This document shows positions 47,414-55,517 of a DNA stretch of 64,000 nt, one piece after another. Numbering within the stretch: the first letter of the stretch is position 1; every line of letters begins with the position of its first letter. Location: assembly GCA_013822085.1 (NCBI GenBank), contig PNJV01000001.1:27658-91657 (forward strand). The letters run 5' to 3'. Under the pieces are notes generated by a model. It was not told the DNA's origin, searched no databases, and saw only the letters and a list, made by a program, of their open reading frames with translations. A program made the position numbers and the translations under genes. The DNA is from Isosphaera sp. GTDB taxonomy: Bacteria > Planctomycetota > Phycisphaerae > Phycisphaerales > UBA1924.

Positions 47414-48586
47414 CTACCCGCCCGCGCACGCGCGCAGCGCCGCCTCAGCCAGCAGCCCCGCGCCCACCGGGATCAACGCATCGGGGAAGTCGTACTCGCT
47501 GCTGTGCAGCGGCGGGTGACTCACGCCCGCCCCCAGGCCGATCATCGCCCCGGGGCACTGTCGGCAGATCACGCCGAAGTCCTCCGACCAACGGATCGGC
47601 TCGTCCGGCTCGTGCGTGGCCAGCCCGCAGCGCAGGGCTGCCAGCTGCGCAACCCCGACCGCCTCGGGGTGATTGACCGTCGCGTCGAAGCGGTCGTGCT
47701 CGGTGAAGGCGGGCTCGAGGCCGCCCGACGCCTCGACCGCCACCCGCTTGAGCAGCCCCAGCAGCGCGTCGAGGCCGTCGTCGGTGTGGGCCCGCGCGGT
47801 GATGTCCACGCGACCCTCCGCCGGCGACATCCCGAACGCGACCGGCCCCTCGGCCCCGAGCCGCGCCCCGACCACCGTGGCCAGCCAGCCCCGCTGTGGC
47901 CGCACGCCGCCGACGGTGTCGCCCGCGTTGACGCCCGTCGCTGCGCCGATCAGCGCCGCCATCGCGCCCGCGGGCGATCGGCCCAGCTCGGGCGTCGCCG
48001 CGTGCGTGGCCACGCCGCTCCAGGCGCACGTCAGGCCCGCCGAGGCGCAGTGCATCGGCCCGGGCCTGCACACCACCCGCCCCATGGGCACACCGGGGAG
48101 GTTGTGCAGTGCCAGGGCGCAGTCGGGGCGCAGCCGGGCCCAGCGCGGGTCGGCCACCACGCCCCGGGCACCGGCGCCGGTCTCCTCGGCGGGCTGGAAG
48201 AGCAGCACCAGCCGCCCGGCAAAGCCCGGCGAGCCCAGCACGCGCTCGGCGGCCGCCAGCACCATGGTCATGTGCCCGTCGTGGCCGCAGCGGTGGCTCA
48301 CGCCGGGGTCCCGCGAGCGGTACGGCGGCCCGGCGGGCTCGGGGACCGGCAGCGCGTCCAGCTCGGCCCGCAGCAGGACGGCGCGCCCGGGGGTGCCACC
48401 GGCAAACTCCGCCGCCACGCCGTGACCGCCCAGCCCCGTGTGCAGCGCCGTGGGCCCCATCGCGCCCAGCCGCTCGGCCACGAGGCCCGCCGTGCGCGAC
48501 TCGGCCCCCGACAGCTCCGCGGCCCGGTGCAGCGCGTGGCGCAGCTCGGTCCAACGCTCGCCCGCGCTCGTGTGCGACTGTTCCAT
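47414..48586 (-). CDS. M20 family amidohydrolase (hippurate hydrolase / aminoacylase-like)
   Basis: ATG at 48586 (MEQSHTSAGERW). SHRCGHDGH, LLFQPAEETGAGA, PLHSSEYDF. Confidence 0.8.
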   Translation of the reverse strand: MEQSHTSAGERWTELRHALHRAAELSGAESRTAGLVAERLGAMGPTALHTGLGGHGVAAEFAGGTPGRAVLLRAELDALPVPEPAGPPYRSRDPGVSHRCGHDGHMTMVLAAAERVLGSPGFAGRLVLLFQPAEETGAGARGVVADPRWARLRPDCALALHNLPGVPMGRVVCRPGPMHCASAGLTCAWSGVATHAATPELGRSPAGAMAALIGAATGVNAGDTVGGVRPQRGWLATVVGARLGAEGPVAFGMSPAEGRVDITARAHTDDGLDALLGLLKRVAVEASGGLEPAFTEHDRFDATVNHPEAVGVAQLAALRCGLATHEPDEPIRWSEDFGVICRQCPGAMIGLGAGVSHPPLHSSEYDFPDALIPVGAGLLAEAALRACAGG

Positions 48587-48727
48587 GCGTGCCGTGATCG
48601 CAGCCGCGGGCCGTGCCGCCGCGTGCGCGGGAATATCCTTCGAGCGTACCACAATCGGGCCGAGACACGCTCGCCCTCCATCCACTTCCAGCATCCTCGG
48701 CACCCGCACACCCCCGGCCCACACCCT

Positions 48728-48754
48728 CCGCACTCACACACACCGCACTCACAC
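48728..48754. repeat. 12-nt direct repeat, period 15 (ccgcactcacac-aca-ccgcactcacac) in a C/A-rich leader
   Basis: Copies at 48728-48739 and 48743-48754, 18 nt upstream of the ATG at 48772. Confidence 0.85.
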
Positions 48755-48771
48755 CCCCCGGAGCTCAGACC

Positions 48772-49365
48772 ATGCTCGCACGCACGACGCTCTCGCTCGG
48801 CACGGCTCTGCTGGCCGCGGCCCTGCTCGCCCCCGGCTGCTCGGCGTACCGCAGCTCCGACGGCGCTGCCCCGCGCACGCTGGCGCAGGAGTCCGAGCAG
48901 GCCCTGGCCCGCATGCGCGCCGCCGACGCGTCGCTGAGCGGCTTCTTCGACCGCGCCTACGCCTACGCCGTCTTCCCGTCCATCGCCAAGGGCGCCGCGG
49001 GCATCGGCGCGGCCAACGGCGACGGCGTGGCCTACCTGCGCACGCCCGGCGGCTTCCGCGCCGTGGGCACCGCCGAGGTCACGCAGGTCACGCTCGGGTT
49101 CCAGCTGGGCGGCCAGAACCTCAGCCAGATCGTCTTCTTCCAGGACCGGACCGCGTTTGACACCTTCGCCCGCAACCAGCTCGAGTTCGCCGCCAACGCC
49201 TCGGCCGTCGGCGTGCGCCAGGGTGCCGCGGCGAGCTCCGACTTCGAGGCCGGCGTGGCCGTCTTCGTGCAGCCGCGCGAGGGGCTGATGCTCGAGGCCG
49301 CCATCGGCGGGCAGCGCTTGAGCTACCAGCCCTACGCGGGCGGGGGCGTCACGACCTTGCCATGA
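48772..49365 (+). CDS. lipoprotein with SYLF/DUF500-like domain
   Basis: ATG at 48772 with GGAG upstream. Signal MLARTTLSLGTALLAAALLAPGCS. Gly-rich beta pattern KGAAGIGAANGDGVAY...GFQLGGQN...FAANASAVG recalls Ysc84/SYLF lipid-binding domains (from memory). Confidence 0.5.
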   Translation: MLARTTLSLGTALLAAALLAPGCSAYRSSDGAAPRTLAQESEQALARMRAADASLSGFFDRAYAYAVFPSIAKGAAGIGAANGDGVAYLRTPGGFRAVGTAEVTQVTLGFQLGGQNLSQIVFFQDRTAFDTFARNQLEFAANASAVGVRQGAAASSDFEAGVAVFVQPREGLMLEAAIGGQRLSYQPYAGGGVTTLP

Positions 49366-50377
49366 CGGCCAGCTCGTTGACGGGCTCGTCGTAGGAGCAC
49401 GAGCCGAAGCAGATGGCGAAGTTCTCGCGCGCCTGGGCGATCTGCTCGACCGAGACTCGCAGGCTGCGCCACGCGGCCCACTCGGGGCCGAAGACGAAGG
49501 CGGCCGGGTCGGTCTCTTGAAGCAGCTCGACGAGCCCCGGCCCGCCGACGACCCCCGCGTGGAGCATCGCGGCGCCGACGAAGACGTTGACGAACCCGTG
49601 CATCGTGGCGCGGGGCGCGTCGGGCTCGTAGGTCAGGGTGTGCTCGCCGCGCACCGGGTGGTGCAGCCCGGCCGTGGCCTTGAAGGGGACCTCCGCCGCG
49701 TGCATGACCTGCATGAACTCGGCCAGGCGCTGGCAGCTCGGGAAGGCCTCGGGGACGATCCCGCCGGTCCGCAGCTTGGCCCCGGCGCCCTGGCCGGCCA
49801 GGCACGCAGCAAACCCGCGGTAGTCGGCCTCGGCGGGCACCTCGAAGAACGGGTACAGCTCCTCGGGCAGGCGCTCCAGGGCCAGCTCGACCGTCTGGGT
49901 GTTCTGCACCTTGACCTCGACGGTGTCCACCACCGCCGACAGCGCGTGGCGGTGGCCGTTGCCGGCGTGGTGGCCGGCGTTGAACCGCTCGATGGCCGAC
50001 AGGCTCGCGTCCAGCGGGCCGTCGATGAGCACCGAGAGGCACCACGGCTCGGGTGGCGGGGCGTCGGGCGAGTCCGGCAGCGCGCTGAGCCACGGCGAGG
50101 CCGCCTCGCTCCACTCGTCCAGCCGAGAGACCGGGCAGATGAACCGCGACAGGCCCCACGCCTGGGCGCTGCGGCGGTGCCGCGCAAAGGCCGCCACCGC
50201 CTCGGCCATGCCCAGCTTGGCCGGCGGGAAGAGCCCCGCGTAGTCCACAAGGCCGCGCAGCAGCTGCCGGACCGACTCGACCGGGCTGGCCAGCGCCCCG
50301 CCGGGAACCGGGTGCGCCTGGCGCAGCGTGCGTTCACCGTGCGGGCGGGGCGGATGGTCGGGTGTCGGCGGCGTCAT
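49349..50377 (-). CDS. conserved hypothetical protein
   Basis: ATG at 50377 (MTPPTPDHPP), 8 nt downstream of the TolB-like gene stop. Non-shadow-like composition (YAGLFPPAKL, KLRTGGIVPEAFP, KATAGLHHPVRGEH). No family recognised. Confidence 0.55.
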   Translation of the reverse strand: MTPPTPDHPPRPHGERTLRQAHPVPGGALASPVESVRQLLRGLVDYAGLFPPAKLGMAEAVAAFARHRRSAQAWGLSRFICPVSRLDEWSEAASPWLSALPDSPDAPPPEPWCLSVLIDGPLDASLSAIERFNAGHHAGNGHRHALSAVVDTVEVKVQNTQTVELALERLPEELYPFFEVPAEADYRGFAACLAGQGAGAKLRTGGIVPEAFPSCQRLAEFMQVMHAAEVPFKATAGLHHPVRGEHTLTYEPDAPRATMHGFVNVFVGAAMLHAGVVGGPGLVELLQETDPAAFVFGPEWAAWRSLRVSVEQIAQARENFAICFGSCSYDEPVNELAVMARS

Positions 50378-50385
50378 GGGCAACC

Positions 50386-51654
50386 CTATCGCGCGCCGGG
50401 GCTTGCTGCGCGCGGGCCGGCGGGCTCCCAGGCGGGATCGCCGATCACCGAGGCGACCCACAGCTGCGACGAGGCCGTCCCGTCGGGGTTCTTGGGCCCG
50501 CGCTGGCTGGTCCACATCAGCAGCGTCCCGTCGCGCGAGTACGCCGGCAGGCCGTCGAACCCCGCCGCGTGCGTCACCCGCGCCCGCCGCCCCGGCGTGC
50601 TCTGGGGCAGCACCTCGATCGCCTCCAGCTCGTAGTTGGTGTGCCCCGCTCGGCTCGACGCGAAGACCAGGTACGACCCCGTCGGGTGCCAGAACGGGGC
50701 CCAGTTGACCACGCCCGGGTCGTCCGTGATCGCCACCTCCCGGCGCACGCCCGTGATCAGCGCCGGCTCGGCCGGGTCGAACGCCAGATCGGCCACGTAC
50801 ACCTGGAGCTCGCCGTTGCCTCGGCGGTCCGACCGGTAGCACACCCGCTGCCCGTCGGGCGAGAAGAACCCGCCGCCGTCGTAGCCCGGCTCCCGCACCA
50901 GCGCAAAGCTCGCCTCGTGCCCCGAGTCCCAGACCCACAGGTCGGCGTCGCCGGTGGCCGGGTCCACGTGCGTGTAGAGCAGGAACCTGCCGTCGGGTGA
51001 CCACGACGCCTCCGCCGCGTAGCCGTCGCCCCCCGGCCGGTCCACCAGCTCCTCGACGGGCCCGTCGGCCTTGGCGTCCTTGGTGATCGTCGCCGTGACG
51101 ATCCGCATGGCGCTTGGGAAGCTCCAGCGGTAGCGCCCCGAGTCCCGCTGATACCCGGGCGAGCGCTCCTCGGGCGCCACCGGGCCCAGCGTGCTGCCAA
51201 AGAGCACGCGCTTGGAGTCAGACGGGAAGAACCACCCGCAGGTGTTGGCCGAGCCCGGCGCCGAGAGCCGCGTCGGCTCGCCGAGCCCGATCACCGCCTG
51301 GCGAGAGTCGTACCGCAGCGGCGCCACGTACATGGCGTACTGCCCCGCGCCGGCGCCGCGCTCCTCGGCCTGGAAGATGACGTTCCGCGGCGGCGTCAGG
51401 TGGTCGAAGTACGCCTCGCCAGCGCGCACGAAGCGCCCCGGGAGCGTCAGCTGGACCGCGCCCGAGAGGTACGGCCCCTCGTTGGGCGCCACGCCGTCGC
51501 CGGCGCCCCCGGCGCGTTCGGCCGGCTGGGCGCCCAGCTGATCGCCCCGCTTGGCCGTGACCGCCAGCTGCACCAGCCCCACACCAGCCGACGCGGCGAT
51601 CACCGCACGCCCCAGCACCGACGACCACTTGCGCAGCAGAACCATGACAGACAC
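50386..51654 (-). CDS. TolB-like beta-propeller (PD40/WD40-like repeat) protein
   Basis: N-terminal anchor VIAASAGVGLVQLAV. Repeated SPDG blades (SWSPDGRFLLY, FFSPDGQRVCY, AYSRDGTLLMW). Confidence 0.7.
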   Translation of the reverse strand: MSVMVLLRKWSSVLGRAVIAASAGVGLVQLAVTAKRGDQLGAQPAERAGGAGDGVAPNEGPYLSGAVQLTLPGRFVRAGEAYFDHLTPPRNVIFQAEERGAGAGQYAMYVAPLRYDSRQAVIGLGEPTRLSAPGSANTCGWFFPSDSKRVLFGSTLGPVAPEERSPGYQRDSGRYRWSFPSAMRIVTATITKDAKADGPVEELVDRPGGDGYAAEASWSPDGRFLLYTHVDPATGDADLWVWDSGHEASFALVREPGYDGGGFFSPDGQRVCYRSDRRGNGELQVYVADLAFDPAEPALITGVRREVAITDDPGVVNWAPFWHPTGSYLVFASSRAGHTNYELEAIEVLPQSTPGRRARVTHAAGFDGLPAYSRDGTLLMWTSQRGPKNPDGTASSQLWVASVIGDPAWEPAGPRAASPGAR

Positions 51655-51699
51655 TAGCGCCGCTCGGTGCGCCGCGGTTCGCCCATACGCTCACCGATC

Positions 51700-53188
51700 A
51701 TGCCCGACACGACCCCCAGCGCCCCCGCCCAGGACCCCACGCTCAACCCCGCGCTGCGCTCCTGGCACCCACCGGCCCAGGACCCAGCCCTGGGCACGCC
51801 CATCCAGCACCTGCCCCTGTGCCTGTACATCGACCCCGCCGACTCAGCCGGGTCCCAGGGCCACCCCACCCCCCACGCCCCCCCAGGGCCGCCACGCCCC
51901 AAGCCCGGCGTCGTGATCGGCGACTCGGTCCTGGACCTGGACCTGCTGGTCCACTCGGGCTTCACCGCCGACCTTGACCAGAGCACCCTCCAGGCGCTCC
52001 ACGCGGTGCTGCATCAGACCAGCCTCACGTTCCTGATGATGCACCACGAGCTGCTCCCGGCTGTCCGCAGGTTCGCCCAGGCCTTCCTCGTGGACGGCCC
52101 CCCGCCGGGCCAGCAGGCCCGCCGGCTGCGCACCAAGGCCCTCAGGCCGCTGGCCGAGGTCGGCCTGAGCGTCCCAGCCCGCGTCGGCGACTTCACCGAC
52201 TTCTACGCCTCCATCCACCACGCCCGCACCGTCGGCTCGATGTTCCGGCCGGACAGCCCGCTGCTGCCCAACTACCAGCACGTGCCCATCGCCTATCACG
52301 GCCGGTCGTCCTCGGTCGTTGTCTCGGGCACGACCATCGTCCGCCCGCGCGGCCAGATCAGGCCCGAGGCGCCAGCAACTACCCCCCCACCCTCCTCCCC
52401 CCAGCCACCCTCCGCCCCCGCCCATCCTGCGCCCGTCTACGCCCCGACCGAGCGGCTGGACTACGAGGCCGAGCTGGGCTGCCTCATCGGCGGCGTCGGC
52501 CCGCTGGGCGCCACCGTGCCCATCGCCCAGGCCCACCAGCGCATCTTCGGTTTGTGCCTGGTCAACGACTGGTCCGCCCGCGACATCCAGGCCTGGGAGT
52601 ACCAGCCCCTGGGCCCATTCCTGGCCAAGAACTTCGCCACCTCAGTCTCCGTGGATCACCACGCGCCCGGTCCTGGAGCTCTTCCGCGTGCCCGGGCCCG
52701 CCCGCGCCCCCGAGGACCCCGCGCCCCTGGACTACCTCACGCCCGCGCCACCCAACGCCGACTGGGCCCTGGACATCGCCATCGAGGCCCTGATCCTGAC
52801 CGCCCAGATGCGCCAGCGCGGCCTGCCGCCGCACCCGCTGGCCACCTCCAACACGCGCGACCTGTACTGGACCCTGCCCCAGATGATCGCCCATCACACG
52901 TCCGGGGGCTGCCCGCTCATCCCGGGCGACCTGATCGCAACCGGCACCGTCTCCGGGCCGGGCGATTCCGAGCGCGGCTGCCTCTTGGAGCTCACCTGGC
53001 GTGGCCGGGGACCCGACGGCTCGCCGCGACCGCGCCAGCCCATCGCCCTGCCCAGCGGCGAGGCCCGGCTCTTCCTCCAGGACGGCGACGAGGTGATCCT
53101 CCGCGGCTGGGCCACCCCGGGCCGGGCCTCCGGGCTGCCGCGGCTGTCGCTGGGCGAGGTCCGCGGCGTGATCGCGCCGGCCCCGTGA
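51700..53188 (+). pseudogene. fumarylacetoacetase (FAH) interrupted by a frameshift near 52646-52652
   Basis: Frame A (from ATG 51700): TPIQHLPLCLY, DFTDFYASIHHA, YHGRSSSVVVSGT, NDWSARDIQAWEYQPLGPFLAKNFATSVS. Frame B (from 52646): SPWITT...LYWTLPQMIAHHTSGGCPLIPGDLIATGTVSG...FLQDGDEV. The junction falls in the conserved VSPW. Confidence 0.8.
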
Positions 53189-53217
53189 CCGGGCCGTGGC
53201 GTCAGCGTCTCAGACGC

Positions 53218-54303
53218 TTACCTGGGGCCAGCGGGCGCTGCGAGACCGAGCCCTCGGACCAGCGCAGCCAGGTTGGCGCGCATCATCGCCAGATAGTCGC
53301 CGTCGCCGAGCGGGTCGAGCGTGAGCACCTCCACGCCCGTGACCGCGGCCACGCGCTGGACCGGCCGCGCGCTGAGCTGCCGCTCGGAAAAGACCGCGCG
53401 CAGCCCGTCGGTGCGCACCGCCTCGATCGCCGCCACGAGCGACCCCGGCGTCGGCTCGTCGGCGTCGCGTCCCTGCACGGCCACGCTCCGGAGCCCGTAG
53501 CGCTGGCACAGCCAGCCCCAGGCGTCGTGGGCCACCACCAGCCGGCGGCCGCGCGCCGGCGCCAGCGCGCTGGCGTAGTCGGCCTCCAGCGCGCCCAGCG
53601 CCTCGAGCGCCGCCGTCCGGCGGGCCTCCAGGTCCTGGGCCTGCGCGGGGCTCAGGCCCGCTGGGCCGGCCTTCTCCCGGCTGGCCCGCGCCACGTGCGC
53701 CGCGACGCGCTCGACGTACAGCCGGGCCATGACCGGGTCGAGCCAGACGTGCGCGTCGCCGCTGTGGGCGCAGCGCCCGGCGTCGGCTTCGTGCACATGG
53801 TCGTGTTGATGCCCCGCGTCGTGCACGTCCCCACCGCCGTGCGAGATGCCGATCCCAAGCACCTCGGCCATCACGATCACCCGGCCCGCCCCGCCGCCCC
53901 GCCGCGCCGCCGTCTCCAGCCCCGGCTCGAGCCCCAGCCCCACCAGCAGCACCAGGTCCGCCTGGCCCAGCTGCGCGATCCGCCCCGGCGCCGGCTCGAA
54001 GGCGTGCTCGCTCGACCCCGGCGGCACGAGCACCTGGCACTGGCTCCCCTCGGGCAGCAGCGGCCTGATCAAGCCCGCCAGTGGCGGGATGCTCGTGACC
54101 ACGCGCAGGGGTACGGCGAGCGCAGCCTCGGCGCCGCCTCCCTCCCCCACGACCGCTCCCGCACCGGCCTGTCCCGCCGGCCGAGCTGTCACGCTCCCAG
54201 GGCCCGCCAGCCACACCGTGATCACAGCGACCAACGCCACCCCGGCGATCAGCGCGCGCCAGCCCCAGCCACGTTGCGTCGCCCCGGTCATGCCATTCCC
54301 CAT
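53218..54303 (-). CDS. ZnuA/TroA-like metal ABC transporter substrate-binding protein with His-rich loop
   Basis: ATG at 54303 (MGNGMTG) with AGGATC upstream. VVTSIPPLAGLI, DAHVWLDPV, His/Asp loop HGGGDVHDAGHQHDHVHEADAGRCAHSGDAH. Confidence 0.8.
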   Translation of the reverse strand: MGNGMTGATQRGWGWRALIAGVALVAVITVWLAGPGSVTARPAGQAGAGAVVGEGGGAEAALAVPLRVVTSIPPLAGLIRPLLPEGSQCQVLVPPGSSEHAFEPAPGRIAQLGQADLVLLVGLGLEPGLETAARRGGGAGRVIVMAEVLGIGISHGGGDVHDAGHQHDHVHEADAGRCAHSGDAHVWLDPVMARLYVERVAAHVARASREKAGPAGLSPAQAQDLEARRTAALEALGALEADYASALAPARGRRLVVAHDAWGWLCQRYGLRSVAVQGRDADEPTPGSLVAAIEAVRTDGLRAVFSERQLSARPVQRVAAVTGVEVLTLDPLGDGDYLAMMRANLAALVRGLGLAAPAGPR

Positions 54304-54332
54304 ACGAGATCCTAGGGCACGGCGTTCCAATA

Positions 54333-54347
54333 TGCAACAGTGTTGCA
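54333..54347. promoter_or_regulatory. perfect 6-3-6 palindrome TGCAAC-agt-GTTGCA upstream of the ZnuA-like gene (candidate metalloregulator operator)
   Basis: Lies 30 nt upstream of the ATG at 54303 in a locally AT-richer stretch. Overlaps a second small palindrome TTGC-ac-GCAA (54344-54353). Confidence 0.4.
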
Positions 54348-54519
54348 CGCAATGAACCCGCCGCGCCCAGCACGCGCCCGCGGCCACGCTGCCCGCCTCA
54401 TGCGCCGCCGGCCACGTAACAGCTCGGCTACGCATGCTGCGCCGCCGATCAACCGCCGGCCTCGCCACTGCAGCCCCGCACGCATAGCATCCGTTCCCAC
54501 CGGCCACACGGCCGAACCC

Positions 54520-54592
54520 GGGGCGGTAGCTCAGTTGGTAGAGCGCTTCGTTCGCAATGAAGAGGTCGGGAGTTCGACTCTCCTCCGCTCCA
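54520..54592 (+). tRNA. tRNA-Ala (anticodon CGC)
   Basis: 73-nt cloverleaf: acceptor GGGGCGG/CCGCTCC with G3:U70, D arm GCTC-AGTTGGTA-GAGC, anticodon stem CTTCG/TGAAG with loop TTCGCAA, T arm GGGAG-TTCGACT-CTCCT. CCA is not encoded. Confidence 0.9.
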
Positions 54593-54646
54593 CTCCGTCA
54601 CACCCGCGCGGCCGCCCGCTGCCGGGCCACCCCAGCCCGATCGCGG

Positions 54647-55216
54647 TCAAGATTCGGGGTCCGCTTGCACCTCCGGCTCGTCGGCAACCCCGCGCCGATC
54701 GGGCTTTGGCCGGAACGCCAAGAACACCAAGAACGCCACCACGCTCAGGCCGGTCATGGCGTACAGGGCGTTGCGCAGGTAGCTCTTGTCCTGCACCGGC
54801 GCCTTGCGACCGTCCACGACCTGCTGAGACATGAACGCCTCGCGGACCACCGGCGTGTCGTTGGCGATGTCCCCGCTCCGCACCGCTGAGAGATACCGGT
54901 CCGAGGCGGCCCGGTAATCGCTCACGCCCTGCGCCACCGACGCGCCGCGCAACCCGAACGCCACCGCAAAGACCAGCGACAGCACCAGTCCCGCGTGGAT
55001 CCCGATCATGCCCACCTTGCGGTTCTTCTTGAGCCCCGCGCTCATGATCGCGCACACGTCCATCAGCACCGCGCACACAGCCGGGACGGCCACAGCGGTG
55101 GCCGCGTTGGCTCCCGGCGGCGCCATCATGTACGCGACCACGCCGCAAAGCATCAACGCGCCGCCGTACATGAACATCGCAACGACGATAAAGGGCTTGG
55201 GTGGGGTGCTCATCAT
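54647..55216 (-). CDS. hypothetical integral membrane protein
   Basis: 189 aa with about 5 hydrophobic helices (FIVVAMFMYGGALMLCGVVAYMM, VAVPAVCAVLMDVCAIM, IGIHAGLVLSLVFAVAF, MTGLSVVAFLVFLAF). No family recognised. Confidence 0.55.
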   Translation of the reverse strand: MMSTPPKPFIVVAMFMYGGALMLCGVVAYMMAPPGANAATAVAVPAVCAVLMDVCAIMSAGLKKNRKVGMIGIHAGLVLSLVFAVAFGLRGASVAQGVSDYRAASDRYLSAVRSGDIANDTPVVREAFMSQQVVDGRKAPVQDKSYLRNALYAMTGLSVVAFLVFLAFRPKPDRRGVADEPEVQADPES

Positions 55217-55324
55217 GCGAGGATCTTACAGCTGGGGTCATGTGATCGCCGGCCGGCGCCGGCCGGTTCGGCACCCGGGAGGGTCCGGCTGGCTGAACGG
55301 CGACCCGCTGTGAGGGAGGACAGC

Positions 55325-55358
55325 GGGTGGGTGGGGGGTGGGGGGTGGGGGGTGGGGG
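55325..55358. repeat. G-run array GGGTGGGTGGGGGGTGGGGGGTGGGGGGTGGGGG (G-quadruplex-type motif on plus, C-run on minus)
   Basis: Six G-runs of 3-6 separated by single T, read directly. Lies in the divergent spacer between the membrane protein and FIST genes. Confidence 0.9.
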
Positions 55359-55517
55359 CGAGAAAATGTGCGTGTCGCAGCGTGCCGCGTGCCGTATGTT
55401 GTATGTGTGCAGCAGCCGCCGACCCCGGGGCGCAGAGGCCCGGGCTATCACGAGCAGGGCGGCCCCTCCGAGCGTGGCGGGGTGGCGCACGCGGTGCCGA
55501 CGCCCGACCCGCGTGCG

